A stretch of DNA of 64,000 nucleotides, taken from the NCBI RefSeq assembly GCF_001194135.2, contig NC_068996.1, positions 9,378,128-9,442,127 of the forward strand, written 5' to 3'. The first letter of the stretch is position 1, and each line of letters starts with the position of its first letter. Source of the DNA: Octopus bimaculoides. Taxonomy: Eukaryota. This document shows, one piece after another, positions 38,599 to 50,560 of this stretch. The position numbers and the translations under genes were made by a program. Below the pieces are notes generated by a model. That model searched no databases, was not told where the DNA came from, and saw nothing but the letters and a program-made list of their open reading frames with translations.

Positions 38599-40278
38599 GT
38601 TTAAATGCAAGAGAGTTAAAACAAGGCAACTTTTTGGTTAAGAATTGCACTTCATAACTTCATGGTTTTCAACGAATCCTACTGCACACAATCCTGGAGC
38701 ATGTGTCTTCTACCAAAGGCTCAAGCTGCTAAGTGGAATTCGGTTGGTGGAAACTATGTCAAACAGACCATTCCTGTTCTTGGGGGTTTTCTTTTAAGCT
38801 TAATCTGTCAGTTGAACATCATGATTTCTGGAATTCTCAGATTTGTGAGGAATTAAGAAATGGTTGTTGTGTTGTTACATGACGAGCTTGGCTTACCTTG
38901 GCTTGGCACTGTTTGGGCTAGGTGGTGTTGTGTGGAGTTTGTTTCTTTCTTGGGGCGGCTGTATTTTTATTTGTTAGTGTAGGTAATCGTGTTTGTGTGT
39001 GTATTTATGTATGTGTAAGGATATGTTTATTTGGACCACTGAGATTTTTGGTCATAGAAATTAGAGATGAATGTAGATCTTTAGCCAGTGGCTAAGAATA
39101 GTGATTTGGCTTTTAATAGGAAGGGAAAAGGAAAAAAAAAAAAATCTTATTTATTGAGAGATGAAGTTGAAAGTGTGATAGAATAGAAGTTAAGTATTTT
39201 TTGTTTATGAACCAAGTTGTTCATATTGTGAGAGGATGTGTGATGTGGGGGGTCGCTTTAAGTTGAATGCCTATGTTTGTGTGTGTGTGATTATGGTAGG
39301 ATTAATGCACATGAGGGTAGGTGAAGTGAGGGTGGGGTTGCTTCATACTTTACTTGTTTCAGTCATTTGACTGCGGCCATGCTGGAGCACCGTCTTTAGT
39401 CAAATCAAATCGACCCCAGGACTTATTCTTTGTAAGCCTAGAACTTATTCTATCGGTCTCTTTTTGCCGAACCGCTATTTTACGGGTACGTAAACACACC
39501 AGCATCGGTTGTCAAGCGATGTTGGGGGGACAAACACAGACACACAAACACTCATACATATATATNNNNNNNNNNNNNNNNNNNNNNNNNNNNNNNNNNN
39601 NNNNNNNNNNNNNNNNNNNNNNNNNNNNNNNNNNNNNNNNNNNNNNNNNNNNNNNNNNNNNNNNNNNNNNNNNNNNNNNNNNNNNNNNNNNNNNNNNNNN
39701 NNNNNNNNNNNNNNNNNNNNNNNNNNNNNNNNNNNNNNNNNNNNNNNNNNNNNNNNNNNNNNNNNNNNNNNNNNNNNNNNNNNNNNNNNNNNNNNNNNNN
39801 NNNNNNNNNNNNNNNNNNNNNNNNNNNNNNNNNNNNNNNNNNNNNNNNNNNNNNNNNNNNNNNNNNNNNNNNNNNNNNNNNNNNNNNNNNNNNNNNNNNN
39901 NNNNNNNNNNNNNNNNNNNNNNNNNNNNNNNNNNNNNNNNNNNNNNNNNNNNNNNNNNNNNNNNNNNNNNNNNNNNNNNNNNNNNNNNNNNNNNNNNNNN
40001 NNNNNNNNNNNNNNNNNNNNNNNNNNNNNNNNNNNNNNNNNNNNNNNNNNNNNNNNNNNNNNNNNNNNNNNNNNNNNNNNNNNNNNNNNNNNNNNNNNNN
40101 NNNNNNNNNNNNNNNNNNNNNNNNNNNNNNNNNNNNNNNNNNNNNNNNNNNNNNNNNNNNNNNNNNNNNNNNNNNNNNNNNNNNNNNNNNNNNNNNNNNN
40201 NNNNNNNNNNNNNNNNNNNNNNNNNNNNNNNNNNNNNNNNNNNNNNNNNNNNNNNNNNNNNNNNNNNNNNNNNNNATG

Positions 40279-40351
<73 letters not shown>

Positions 40352-40885
40352 GTATGTATATATATATATACATATATATGATGGGCTTCTTTCAGTTTCC
40401 ATCTACCAAATCCACTCACAATGCTTTTGTCGGCCCGAGGCTATAGTAGAAGACACTTGCCCAAGGTGCCACGCAGTGGGACTGAACCCGGAACCATGTG
40501 GTTGGTAAACAAGCTACTTACCACACAGCCACTCCTGCGCCTACGAACTTCTGCTAACATGCAAAAAACATTCACAGAAAATGTCTGACGTATATATATG
40601 CAAACACACACAAGCACATTCAGATCCAATTTGTGTGTATGCATATGCATTGATGTATACAAACATAATGCATATTATGTGCACATAACATAACTGGTTT
40701 ACAATGGAATGCATGTGCACACATGCATGCATGCTGTGTGTGTAGGTATGTTTGTATGTGTGTCGTGGGTGTATTCTTGTTGTATTTGTGTGTGTGTGTG
40801 TAGATATCCATGTGTGCTTATAATGTCTGCTCTTAAATGCATGCAGACTGGATGGATACTGCACACTTTCATTTATCTTTGATTT

Positions 40886-40917
<32 letters not shown>

Positions 40918-41258
40918 ACATTTTATCAATCTCTCTCTCTTTGTAATTTGTCTTTTTCACTATCTCCCACCTTCTTCCCATCCTCTCCTCTCTCTTTCCG
41001 TCCTCATTCTTTCTTTTATGCTTTCAATTCCAACCACTCCTCATTGTAATCACTCTATTACTCTACTCCTTATGTCACAGTCACTCATTTAACATCATTT
41101 ACTTGCCTATACAGTTTTTTTTTCACTTACAACACCATTCACACATGATTCATACTGTTTTGTCATATGTAGGAGAGAGAGAGAGATTTTGTTTGTCATT
41201 CCAGCCACTAATTCTAGTTGAATTAATCAAATATGCCGTCTGATTATTATCTATCTAT

Positions 41259-41309
<51 letters not shown>

Positions 41310-41344
41310 NNNNNNNNNNACAACCTCAAACACAATAGATAATA

Positions 41345-41416
<72 letters not shown>

Positions 41417-41706
41417 GCTGCTACTAGTAAGTCCTGTTATGTGGTGCCTGAGAAATAGGAGAAAGAAAGAGAGGGGGGAAAGAGAGTGAGTACGTGTGAT
41501 GTCAGTTTCACTGGCTATTTACTTTATTTTGTTTTTGACTTTCTTTTACAAACTATTATTCATAAGGTAAGTTTCAGGTGTGGTGTGTCTACAAGCCGTT
41601 TCAAATGTTAGTTTATTTAATCATAACTTTATGAACTGTCATCATCACTGTCAGGTACCAGATGACTAAAAGCACACCCTTGTTCGCTACAGCACAGTTT
41701 CCATGA

Positions 41707-42545
41707 CCAAGACACTTAAATATCAACAGACTGGTCTACCTAGCTGCAAGTTGGCACCAAGTGTACGTCACTTCTGTACTGTATTCATGACTAAGCTACT
41801 TGCCTCTGAACAATCCAGTTCACCAAGATGTGAGTAGGTACCGTAGTGTGATGTATCCCACCATATAGAATTTATGACAAAGACAACTATCAACAGTCCA
41901 GTCGACCTATTTGTGAGATGGTACCACAGTGCAGTATAGTTTGCTATACTTTGTCTATAACCAAGATGCTTAACTATCAAGTCCAGTCTGTATAGCTGTA
42001 CATAGGTAGCACTTTGTGGTATAGTTCACTGTATAATGTTTCAAAACCAAGAAACTTTGTCAGCCAGCCAGTCTATCTAAATAGAAGTAGGTACAATACT
42101 GTGCTGTGTCCAAGAACAAGATATTTAACTCTTTGGTAAACATCTTTCTGTTGAAATATGTATCCTTTGTTTCAATTACTTCTGAAAGTAACGAAGAATT
42201 TGGTAAAACAACTTTGTCATTATTAACTTGGCATTATGGATATAAATTAATGTGAAATTTTGATGGCAAGTATCCAAGTTTCCTTTAGAACAAGGAATAG
42301 TTCAGAATTTCATGAACGATATACCAAGACATGTAACTGTCAACAATCTATCCATCCATCCATCTGCAAGTTGTGTCACCCACTGTATTGTGCCTACAAT
42401 CAAGATATCTAACTGCCAGTGAATTCTACAGAATGGTATATAGTCCATTGTACTGTCTCCATAACCAGGATACTTATCTGCATATATCCACCTGGTTATG
42501 AATAGTTTCCTGGGTATAATATAGTTCAGTGTATCGTGTCCATGC
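41707..42545. repeat. Old degenerate tandem array of about 85 bp, interrupted by an AT-rich TTAA-type insertion
   Basis: Units start CCAAGAC/CTAAGC/CAAAGAC/CCAAGAT/CCAAGAA at 41707, 41791, 41878, 41961 and 42047 and share ACTRTCAACAGTCCAGTC...GGTACC...TATAGT...CTGTA. Further units at about 42325, 42401 and 42464. Confidence 0.65.
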
Positions 42546-43559
42546 CATTCATTTCATTAGTGTGTCGTGATAAACCACTGTTGTTGTTCAGCTCCAGTTT
42601 GTCCTGATCGAGCAGATCCATAGTGAAAAACATTCCCCTCTTGAGCATCCTTTTTTTTGCTTTTTGTTTTGAAGGCACAGTGTTTGAAAGAGGATTTGGC
42701 TGTTACATACATACATACATACTCACACACATACATATGCATACAGACACATACATACAAACATATACACACACACATGCATACATCTATCTGAGGAAGC
42801 CATGTATTCACCTCTTCTGCAAGATGCCTGTTCCTGGCCATCTACCATACCTTCACCTCCCTCAGTACTGTGCCCCACTCGGTTGAGGGCTCTTGTCCTG
42901 CAGGTTACCAGTGATCTCCCCCCCCTCAACCACCACTGCTAGTGCTGATACTATAGAATTAAAAGAACCCCTGTACATTGTGTGAATGGATTGGTGTTAC
43001 AAAGGACATCCAGCTGTAGAAACCGTTCCAAAGCAGTCATTGGAACTCAACACAGTCCTCAGATTCATCAGTTCAACTATACAAACAATGATGATTTTAA
43101 ACACACACTCATCTACTCACACACACACACAATCACACACACACACACACATACACACACATACATATATAGTTCGCTAGCATATGTAATTGTCGATGTT
43201 TGCTCCCACAACTCCTGACAAGTGTTGGTTTGTTTATGTTCCCAATTCAGTGATACAGCAAAAAATAATAATAATAATAATAATAAATAAAACAATAGAA
43301 TATGTTCCAGGTTTAAAAAAAAAATAATTATGAAATATGTACTGGAGTTGATCCAAGGTTGTGTCCAAGCATGGCCGGAGTCCAATGACTGAACTAGTGT
43401 GTGCATGTGAGTGTATACGTGTGTGTGTGTGTGTGTGTGTGTTCACTAGAAGTTTTGTCGGAGCAAATAATTTTTCAGACATGTTAACTTGTTGATGATG
43501 TTCATGTCGTTGCTGCTGCTGCTGTTTATAGCATTGCACTCAGTCAACCTTGATCGAAC

Positions 43560-45862
43560 AGACTTGTGATTTTTAATGATTAAAGACAGTCCGTCGTCGC
43601 CAGGTGTAACCCTCACCACCTGGTCGTTGGGCGGGTGCGTCTAATGGAAGCCAGTGTTGCAAGCCTTTTCGTTTTTGTTTTGTTTTGTTTTTCAGATTAG
43701 GTTTCCGGTCTGATGATAAACTTGCTACCTTCCTCCCATCAATCACTGAAGCTCTGAGAAGGGATTAAATCTCTCTGTCTCTGTCTCTATTGCGTGTCCG
43801 CATGCACACAAACATACACACAGGACAAGATTCAGACCTAGCAGGGCCCCTGGGCGGTTTCTAAGCCCCTTGATTTCTACAGCTGGATACCCTTTCTAAT
43901 GTCAATTAGGCAATAAAGTGACCCATATTAAATCTAGGAACCCTAGAACTTAAAAGGGGCTCAGTAGATTCAGTTAAATTTAATGGCTTTTTAAATGTAA
44001 AAGGGCCTAATGAATTAATAGAGAGCGCTATAGTTTTAAAAGATTTCTATTGAATTAAAAAAGAATTATACAAGTGAAAAAATTAAAAATTATTAATGCT
44101 ATTGTTGTAAATATATGTTTTTAATTTTCAACTTTAAGCTTTAGCCTTCTCTGAGTTAAAGGCCCTCACCCTCTCCAAGTTTGGTGTGGGGGGGGGGGGG
44201 GGTCCTTGGGCCATGGCTTGTATTACCTCATACGTAAATCTGGCCCTGACACTTACACATACATGCATATACTCAAGAGAAAGTGCCGAATGACCACATC
44301 GAGTCTTGACCATTGATTCGAAAGAAACCAGCATATTAATTATCCTAGAGAAAAGAAAATAATATTGTTGTATGTGTTGCTTTTTCGCCTACAAGAATCT
44401 GAGATAAAATGCCAACCACTTTCATTCGAAAAAAAAAAAACCATAAAAAAAGTCGATAATCGCTGAGAAAGTTGCAAAAAGAAACAGCAACAAAAGAATT
44501 TCGACAAAGATATTTTATCAATGAACGGAATTGAACCAGTGTGTGTGTGTTAATCGTATTGGCATGATGACTCTCCCTAGACACAACAAAAAAGGGATCG
44601 CTTTAATGGAACAGAGTGCAGGCAGTCTTTCTGGTTTCTTGGTTGTTCTTCGCTATTGTTATTGTTGGTCTGAAAAGAGAGATTCAGAAAGTTATAAATT
44701 TTCCTAAGACCATGAACTTTAAACTGGTGTTGTAACATTAATGCCTGGGAAGTTTAAATACCAGAGCTAGTAGTTAGACGCAAAAGAAGAAATAAATAAG
44801 TGGAAAAGAGAGAGAAGAAAAAAAAATTGTGTAATTAATAGCAGAAGAGAAAGGAGAAAAGAGGAGGAGCTGACAATTAAAGGACAAAAAAAAGTAAATG
44901 TGTGTTTGTGTGTGTGTATACATACATAAACATGCATGCACATGCAAACTCACATTCTAAATACGCTTTATATACGCACGCAAGAAATGTACGTACTTGT
45001 CTGTATACACACACACACACATATACACGTAGCGTACGTATGCGTATAATATTTATCCCACCCACCTACCTAAGCATCCATGAGGCACACAGAGAGAAAC
45101 CCATACATTTTATGCATAAATACATTTACAATATATTACAATGAGCAGGGGAAACAAACATAATTTGCACAACCTACACATACATACACACATACACACA
45201 CACGTACATACACACACGTACATACATACGTGCACACAAACACACTCCCTCCCACTTCTAGTGTTTCTAGAAGATCACATGTCCGGCTATTGAAAGACTT
45301 TTGTTTAAGACTATGTCAAGGTTAATAGATGGCCCAACCTTTCAACGATGATGATGATGTTGCTTGTGGTGGTGGTGGTGGTGGTGGTGTTGATGATGAT
45401 GATGGTGTTGGAGGTGGATAGTGGCCTGTGGAAGGGGATGGCGAGCTTGTTTTTCTACTCTCTGTTCTATTGTCTATAACCCCACCCTTTTAAACATATT
45501 ATTGTCAACTACCTCTCACACTCACACATATACACACACACATTCGCGCAGGCACTGCATTCTCATAAACAAATAGCCTGTCTCTCCTCCTCCTCGTCCT
45601 CCTCTCTGTTTCTCCCAATTCAATCGCTTTAGATCTCTTTATCTTAACTTTCTCTCCCTCTCTTTGTTTCAATCTCCTTATAGCGTTTCTCTCCCTCTCA
45701 CACTATCATTCTCTCCTTCTCTACAATGACACCCTCTCCTTCCTCACTTTATCTTTTGTGTGGTGTGTGTGTGTGTTCTCGCCCTTATTCTCCCTCTATT
45801 CTCTAATATATCCAACTCCCTGAAGCTATTCTTATAAATGTCCTTATACCCCTTAAACCCTC

Positions 45863-45900
<38 letters not shown>

Positions 45901-45950
45901 GAACACATTAAAAACTCCTTATACATCCATCAATTTGTTTTTGTTTTTGT
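43560..45950. promoter_or_regulatory. Possible intronic regulatory region or alternative promoter
   Basis: Nearly free of SINEs and visibly richer in CpG than its surroundings. GGGCGG near 43630 and ATTGG near 44558. No functional evidence. Confidence 0.25.
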
Positions 45951-45997
45951 TACATTGAACTTCTTCAAACATTGCTTCTGAATAGTTTTATGGAGAA

Positions 45998-46052
<55 letters not shown>

Positions 46053-46675
46053 ATCAACACCATTCCTCCTCCACCCATTGTTTTTTTTAATTATACCACC
46101 ATTGCTCATCTGATAATGTATCTGTCTCTTTCATTACATTGTATATTTTATATTTCGCTTGTTTCAGTTATTAGTCTGTGGCCATGCTGGGGCACTTGCC
46201 TTAAAAGGTTCGCTCTAGGAAATCGACCCTCCCCCAGTTCTTATTTATTTATTTATTTGGGAGTGGTGGCTTAAAATATGTTACTTATTCTATCGGTCTC
46301 TTTTACTGAACCACTAAGTTACAGGGACATAAACAAACCGACACAGGTTGTCAAGCATTAGTGGGAGACAAACACAACACAAACACAGTCATTCACACAG
46401 ATATATGATGGCCTTCTGTCAGTTTTCATCTAGCAAATCCACTCATAAGGCTTTTGGTCAACTCTTCTACAATAGTAGAAAACAGGCTCAAGTTGTTGCA
46501 CAGTGGAACTGAAACCAAGACTGCATGGTTGGGAATCAAACTTCTTAACCACACAGCCACAGCTGTGCCTAATTGAGATTCTTTTATTGTATTTATTTGC
46601 ATACTCTGTATTCAGTACAACATCATGCAGTATTACTTATATATAATTATTCATATATGGTTAGTCTTGACAGAG

Positions 46676-46938
46676 CAGTAGTTCCCAAAGTGGGTAGTAT
46701 TGCCCCCCTGAGGGTGATGGAAAGTTCCAAGGGGGCGTTGAAGAAAAGTGGGGGTGATAATAGGGTAGCAATTCATGTAAAAACAACAAAATAATGGGAT
46801 TTATTAGTTTAAGTTTTATTTGTGAAATACAGTTGCTTTGAATTTGCTTCAGAAAGAAGTCTATGTTTGTGGCAGTTAGTCGGGTGGGGACTCTAGGTGT
46901 TAAGGGGGTGGCAGCCCGATAAAGTTTGGGAACCACTG
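46676..46938. mobile_element. hAT (Charlie-like) MITE
   Basis: TIRs CAGTAGTTCCCAAA / TTTGGGAACCACTG; right flank ATCTAGAA, left TSD degenerate. Confidence 0.75.
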
Positions 46939-49009
46939 ATCTAGAATGTAGAATTAAAATGCCTTATGACATTTGTTTCAGTCTTCCAGAATCATTCTAA
47001 GTTCAAGTCGCACAAAGATGAACTTTACTGTTCCATTCCTCCAGGGTCAATAAAATTAGTTACCAGTCAAGTAATGCTCCGGTCAATTTAATTGATTTAC
47101 CCCCTCCCCTCAAACTGTTATCCTTGTTCTAAATTAGAAACAGCTTATATGTTTAATCTTGCCAATCAAAATATACGCCATACATCACCACTAACAACAA
47201 ACTACAAAATCATGAAGCTTGTGATTAACAACATTCATCATCGCCATCATTACCAACATCACAATCATAATCGTCGTTGTCGTTGTCATCAGCTTCATCA
47301 TCACCATTTAACATTTGTTTTCCATGCTAATATGAGCTGGATAATTTTATTGGATCCAGCAAGCCACAGGCCTGCGCTATAAGCCCTGGGGTCATCTTTG
47401 GGGTGTTTTCTACAGCCATTTGCTCTTCCTAACATCAACTCCATAACGGAATGAACCAGGTGCTTCTTTCCATGCCACTGGCACTAGTGATGTCACCAAG
47501 TAATTTGCAGGACAGAAAAAGAAAAATGGAAAGGGTAGCGGTAGGGGGCACTTCGTCATCACCTCCGGGTGGTGGGTATTGGGTAATGGATAGGGGCTCT
47601 ATGCCAGATGTTGAGAGGATGAAGTATGAAAGCATAGGTGTCTTGCTATAGAGAAGATATATATATAAGGGTGCTTTGCATCATATAAGGGTGAGTAGAT
47701 GTAACTGGGGAAGAAGATGAGGAAGATCAAGAAGGTAGTTATAGGAATGCCAGAGCAAACTCTCAAAGTGCAAGAAGGTGAGCATAAGAGGGGGTATATG
47801 GTCTGTGGGGAAAAGGGGTGAGAAGGCGGGTAGGGATGAATGTATTGAGTGATGAGCAAGGGTAGATGAGTTGCAGTTAATGGGAAATATCAGTATGGGG
47901 AGGGGGTAAGGTAGGAGAGATGGTTGTGGCTCAGGAAGATATTTGGGGCGGAGGGGGGGTCGGTATGTAAACATTCTGCTTGCTAATTGATTTAAAATGC
48001 AGTAGTGTGATGGACAGCATAAATTTTCACTGTAACTCTCTCACCCACCCTCTTCCTCTCACTCTCTCTCCCCTCTCCTTCCCTCTCTTTCTTTCTCTCT
48101 CTCTCTCTTCAATATCCTGCAATAACTTAGGAGTTAACCTAATTCTCATTTAAGAATTTTTGGCTATGTGGCAAGAAGCTTGCTTCCCAACATATGGTTC
48201 CAGATTCAGCCCCACTGCGTGGTACCTCGGGCTAACCAAAAGCTTGTGAGTGGATTTGATAGACAAAAACTGAAAGAAGTCCATCATATANNNNNNNNNN
48301 NNNNNNNNNNNNNNNNNNNNNNNNNNNNNNNNNNNNNNNNNNNNNNNNNNNNNNNNNNNNNNNNNNNNNNNNNNNNNNNNNNNNNNNNNNNNNNNNNNNN
48401 NNNNNNNNNNNNNNNNNNNNNNNNNNNNNNNNNNNNNNNNNNNNNNNNNNNNNNNNNNNNNNNNNNNNNNNNNNNNNNNNNNNNNNNNNNNNNNNNNNNN
48501 NNNNNNNNNNNNNNNNNNNNNNNNNNNNNNNNNNNNNNNNNNNNNNNNNNNNNNNNNNNNNNNNNNNNNNNNNNNNNNNNNNNNNNNNNNNNNNNNNNNN
48601 NNNNNNNNNNNNNNNNNNNNNNNNNNNNNNNNNNNNNNNNNNNNNNNNNNNNNNNNNNNNNNNNNNNNNNNNNNNNNNNNNNNNNNNNNNNNNNNNNNNN
48701 NNNNNNNNNNNNNNNNNNNNNNNNNNNNNNNNNNNNNNNNNNNNNNNNNNNNCGTGGTTGGATGTATAAAAGATAATAAGAGTGAAAAAACTACAGAAGG
48801 CTTGTGTTACATGGTTAAAGTATATATTTCAATTATGTCAGAAAAATGTTATAAAATTTTTTTGGTATATAAACATTGTATTTTGGAGAAATAACCGGTT
48901 TCGTGTTGTCTTTTCAAATTTCTCTACTTCATTGTAACATGTGTTCACTCCATATATATATATATATATATATATAAAACAATAATAAATGAGTATATGC
49001 ATATATACG

Positions 49010-49044
<35 letters not shown>

Positions 49045-49325
49045 GTGTGTGTGTCTTTGTACCTGTGTTTGTTCACCCACCCACCCCACCACCGCTTGAC
49101 AACCGGTGCTAGTGTGTTTACATCCACATAACTTAGCAGTTTTGCAAAAGAAACCAATAGAATAAATACTAGGCTTTAAAAATAAGCTCTAGAGTTGATT
49201 TGCTCAACTAAAATCCTTCAAGGCGGTGTTCTGGCATGACCACAGTCAAATAACTGAAACAAATAAAAGAATGTGTGTGTGTATGTATATATATATATAA
49301 TGTGTGTGTGTGTGTGTTTGTCATG

Positions 49326-49503
49326 ATAGATCATTAGCCACTAAGCCTTTTACTATTTTCTCTCCCTGTTTATTTCTGTGTTCCTTTCCGTCGAAGAGTA
49401 TAGGCTCGAAACGTAAAAGACTTTCTCACTTCCCGAGCATTAAACTAATACATCTGTTTCTTGTTTACACACCCATTTTCATTTTTTGTTTTTTTGTAAA
49501 TTC

Positions 49504-49508
<5 letters not shown>
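49326..49508 (+). mobile_element. Possible Penelope-like element terminal fragment with a hammerhead relic
   Basis: TCGAAGAG-tataggct-CGAAACGTA resembles the minimal GAAACGT hammerhead of Penelope-like pLTRs. Followed by a T-rich tail and (TA)n. Core and stem I are degenerate. Confidence 0.35.
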
Positions 49509-49534
<26 letters not shown>

Positions 49535-50242
49535 CATCATCATCATCATCGTTTAACGTCCGCTTTCCATGCTAGCATGGGTTGGACGATTTGACTGAGG
49601 ACTGGTGAAACCGGATGGCAACACCAGGNNNNNNNNNNNNNNNNNNNNNNNNNNNNNNNNNNNNNNNNNNNNNNNNNNNNNNNNNNNNNNNNNNNNNNNN
49701 NNNNNNNNNNNNNNNNNNNNNNNNNNNNNNNNNNNNNNNNNNNNNNNNNNNNNNNNNNNNNNNNNNNNNNNNNNNNNNNNNNNNNNNNNNNNNNNNNNNN
49801 NNNNNNNNNNNNNNNNNNNNNNNNNNNNNNNNNNNNNNNNNNNNNNNNNNNNNNNNNNNNNNNNNNNNNNNNNNNNNNNNNNNNNNNNNNNNNNNNNNNN
49901 NNNNNNNNNNNNNNNNNNNNNNNNNNNNNNNNNNNNNNNNNNNNNNNNNNNNNNNNNNNNNNNNNNNNNNNNNNNNNNNNNNNNNNNNNNNNNNNNNNNN
50001 NNNNNNNNNNNNNNNNNNNNNNNNNNNNNNNNNNNNNNNNNNNNNNNNNNNNNNNNNNNNNNNNNNNNNNNNNNNNNNNNNNNNNNNNNNNNNNNNNNNN
50101 NNNNNNNNNNNNNNNNNNNNNNNNNNNNNNNNNNNNNNNNNNNNNNNNNNNNNNNNNNNNNNNNNNNNNNNNNNNNNNNNNNNNNNNNNNNNNNNNNNNN
50201 NNNNNNNNNNNNNNNNNNNNNNNNNNNNNNNNNNNNNNNNNN

Positions 50243-50560
50243 CTCTCTTGCACACCACAACTGATGCTTCTAATGTTCAGCTTTTCTCTCAAGATATTTA
50301 CACTCTGACGGGTATTCACATTGACATTACACATCCAACGGAGCATACTGGCTTCATTCCTTGCGAGCTTACGTATGTCCTCAGCAGTTACAGCCCATGT
50401 TTCACTGCCATGTAGCATGGCTGTTCGTACGCATGCGTCATACAGTCTGCCTTTTACTCTGAGTGAGAGTCCCTTTGTCGCCAGCAGGGGTAAGAGCTCT
50501 CTAAACTTTGCCCAGGCTATTCTTATTCTAGCAGCTACACTTTCAGCGCACCCACCCCCA
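50243..50560 (-). mobile_element. RTE-clade LINE, 3' ORF fragment (its tail at 49543-49628 lies across the gap)
   Basis: AARIRIAWAKFRELLPLLATKGLSLRVKGRLYDACVRTAMLHGSETWAVTAEDIRKLARNEASMLRWMCNV, typical of the RTE post-RT region. Confidence 0.88.

Noticed and set aside
41520-41572. Perfect donor AAG|GTAAGT at 41566
   Set aside because: No convincing upstream acceptor or open frame in the required phase.
41707-42130. Period of about 84 bp as a C2H2 zinc-finger array or a CRISPR
   Set aside because: No C-x2-C/H-x3-H/TGEKP in the frames examined and frequent stops. The units diverge throughout rather than alternating repeat and spacer, and the context is eukaryotic.
48886-48935. Minus-strand CGAAACCGGTT, a PLE-like ribozyme 3' half
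   Set aside because: The CUGANGA core is absent (only ATGA), too degenerate to call.
2691-50418. Long ORFs in the track that are mostly X, or poly-IY, HT, LS, I or M
   Set aside because: Artefacts of N gaps and microsatellites.
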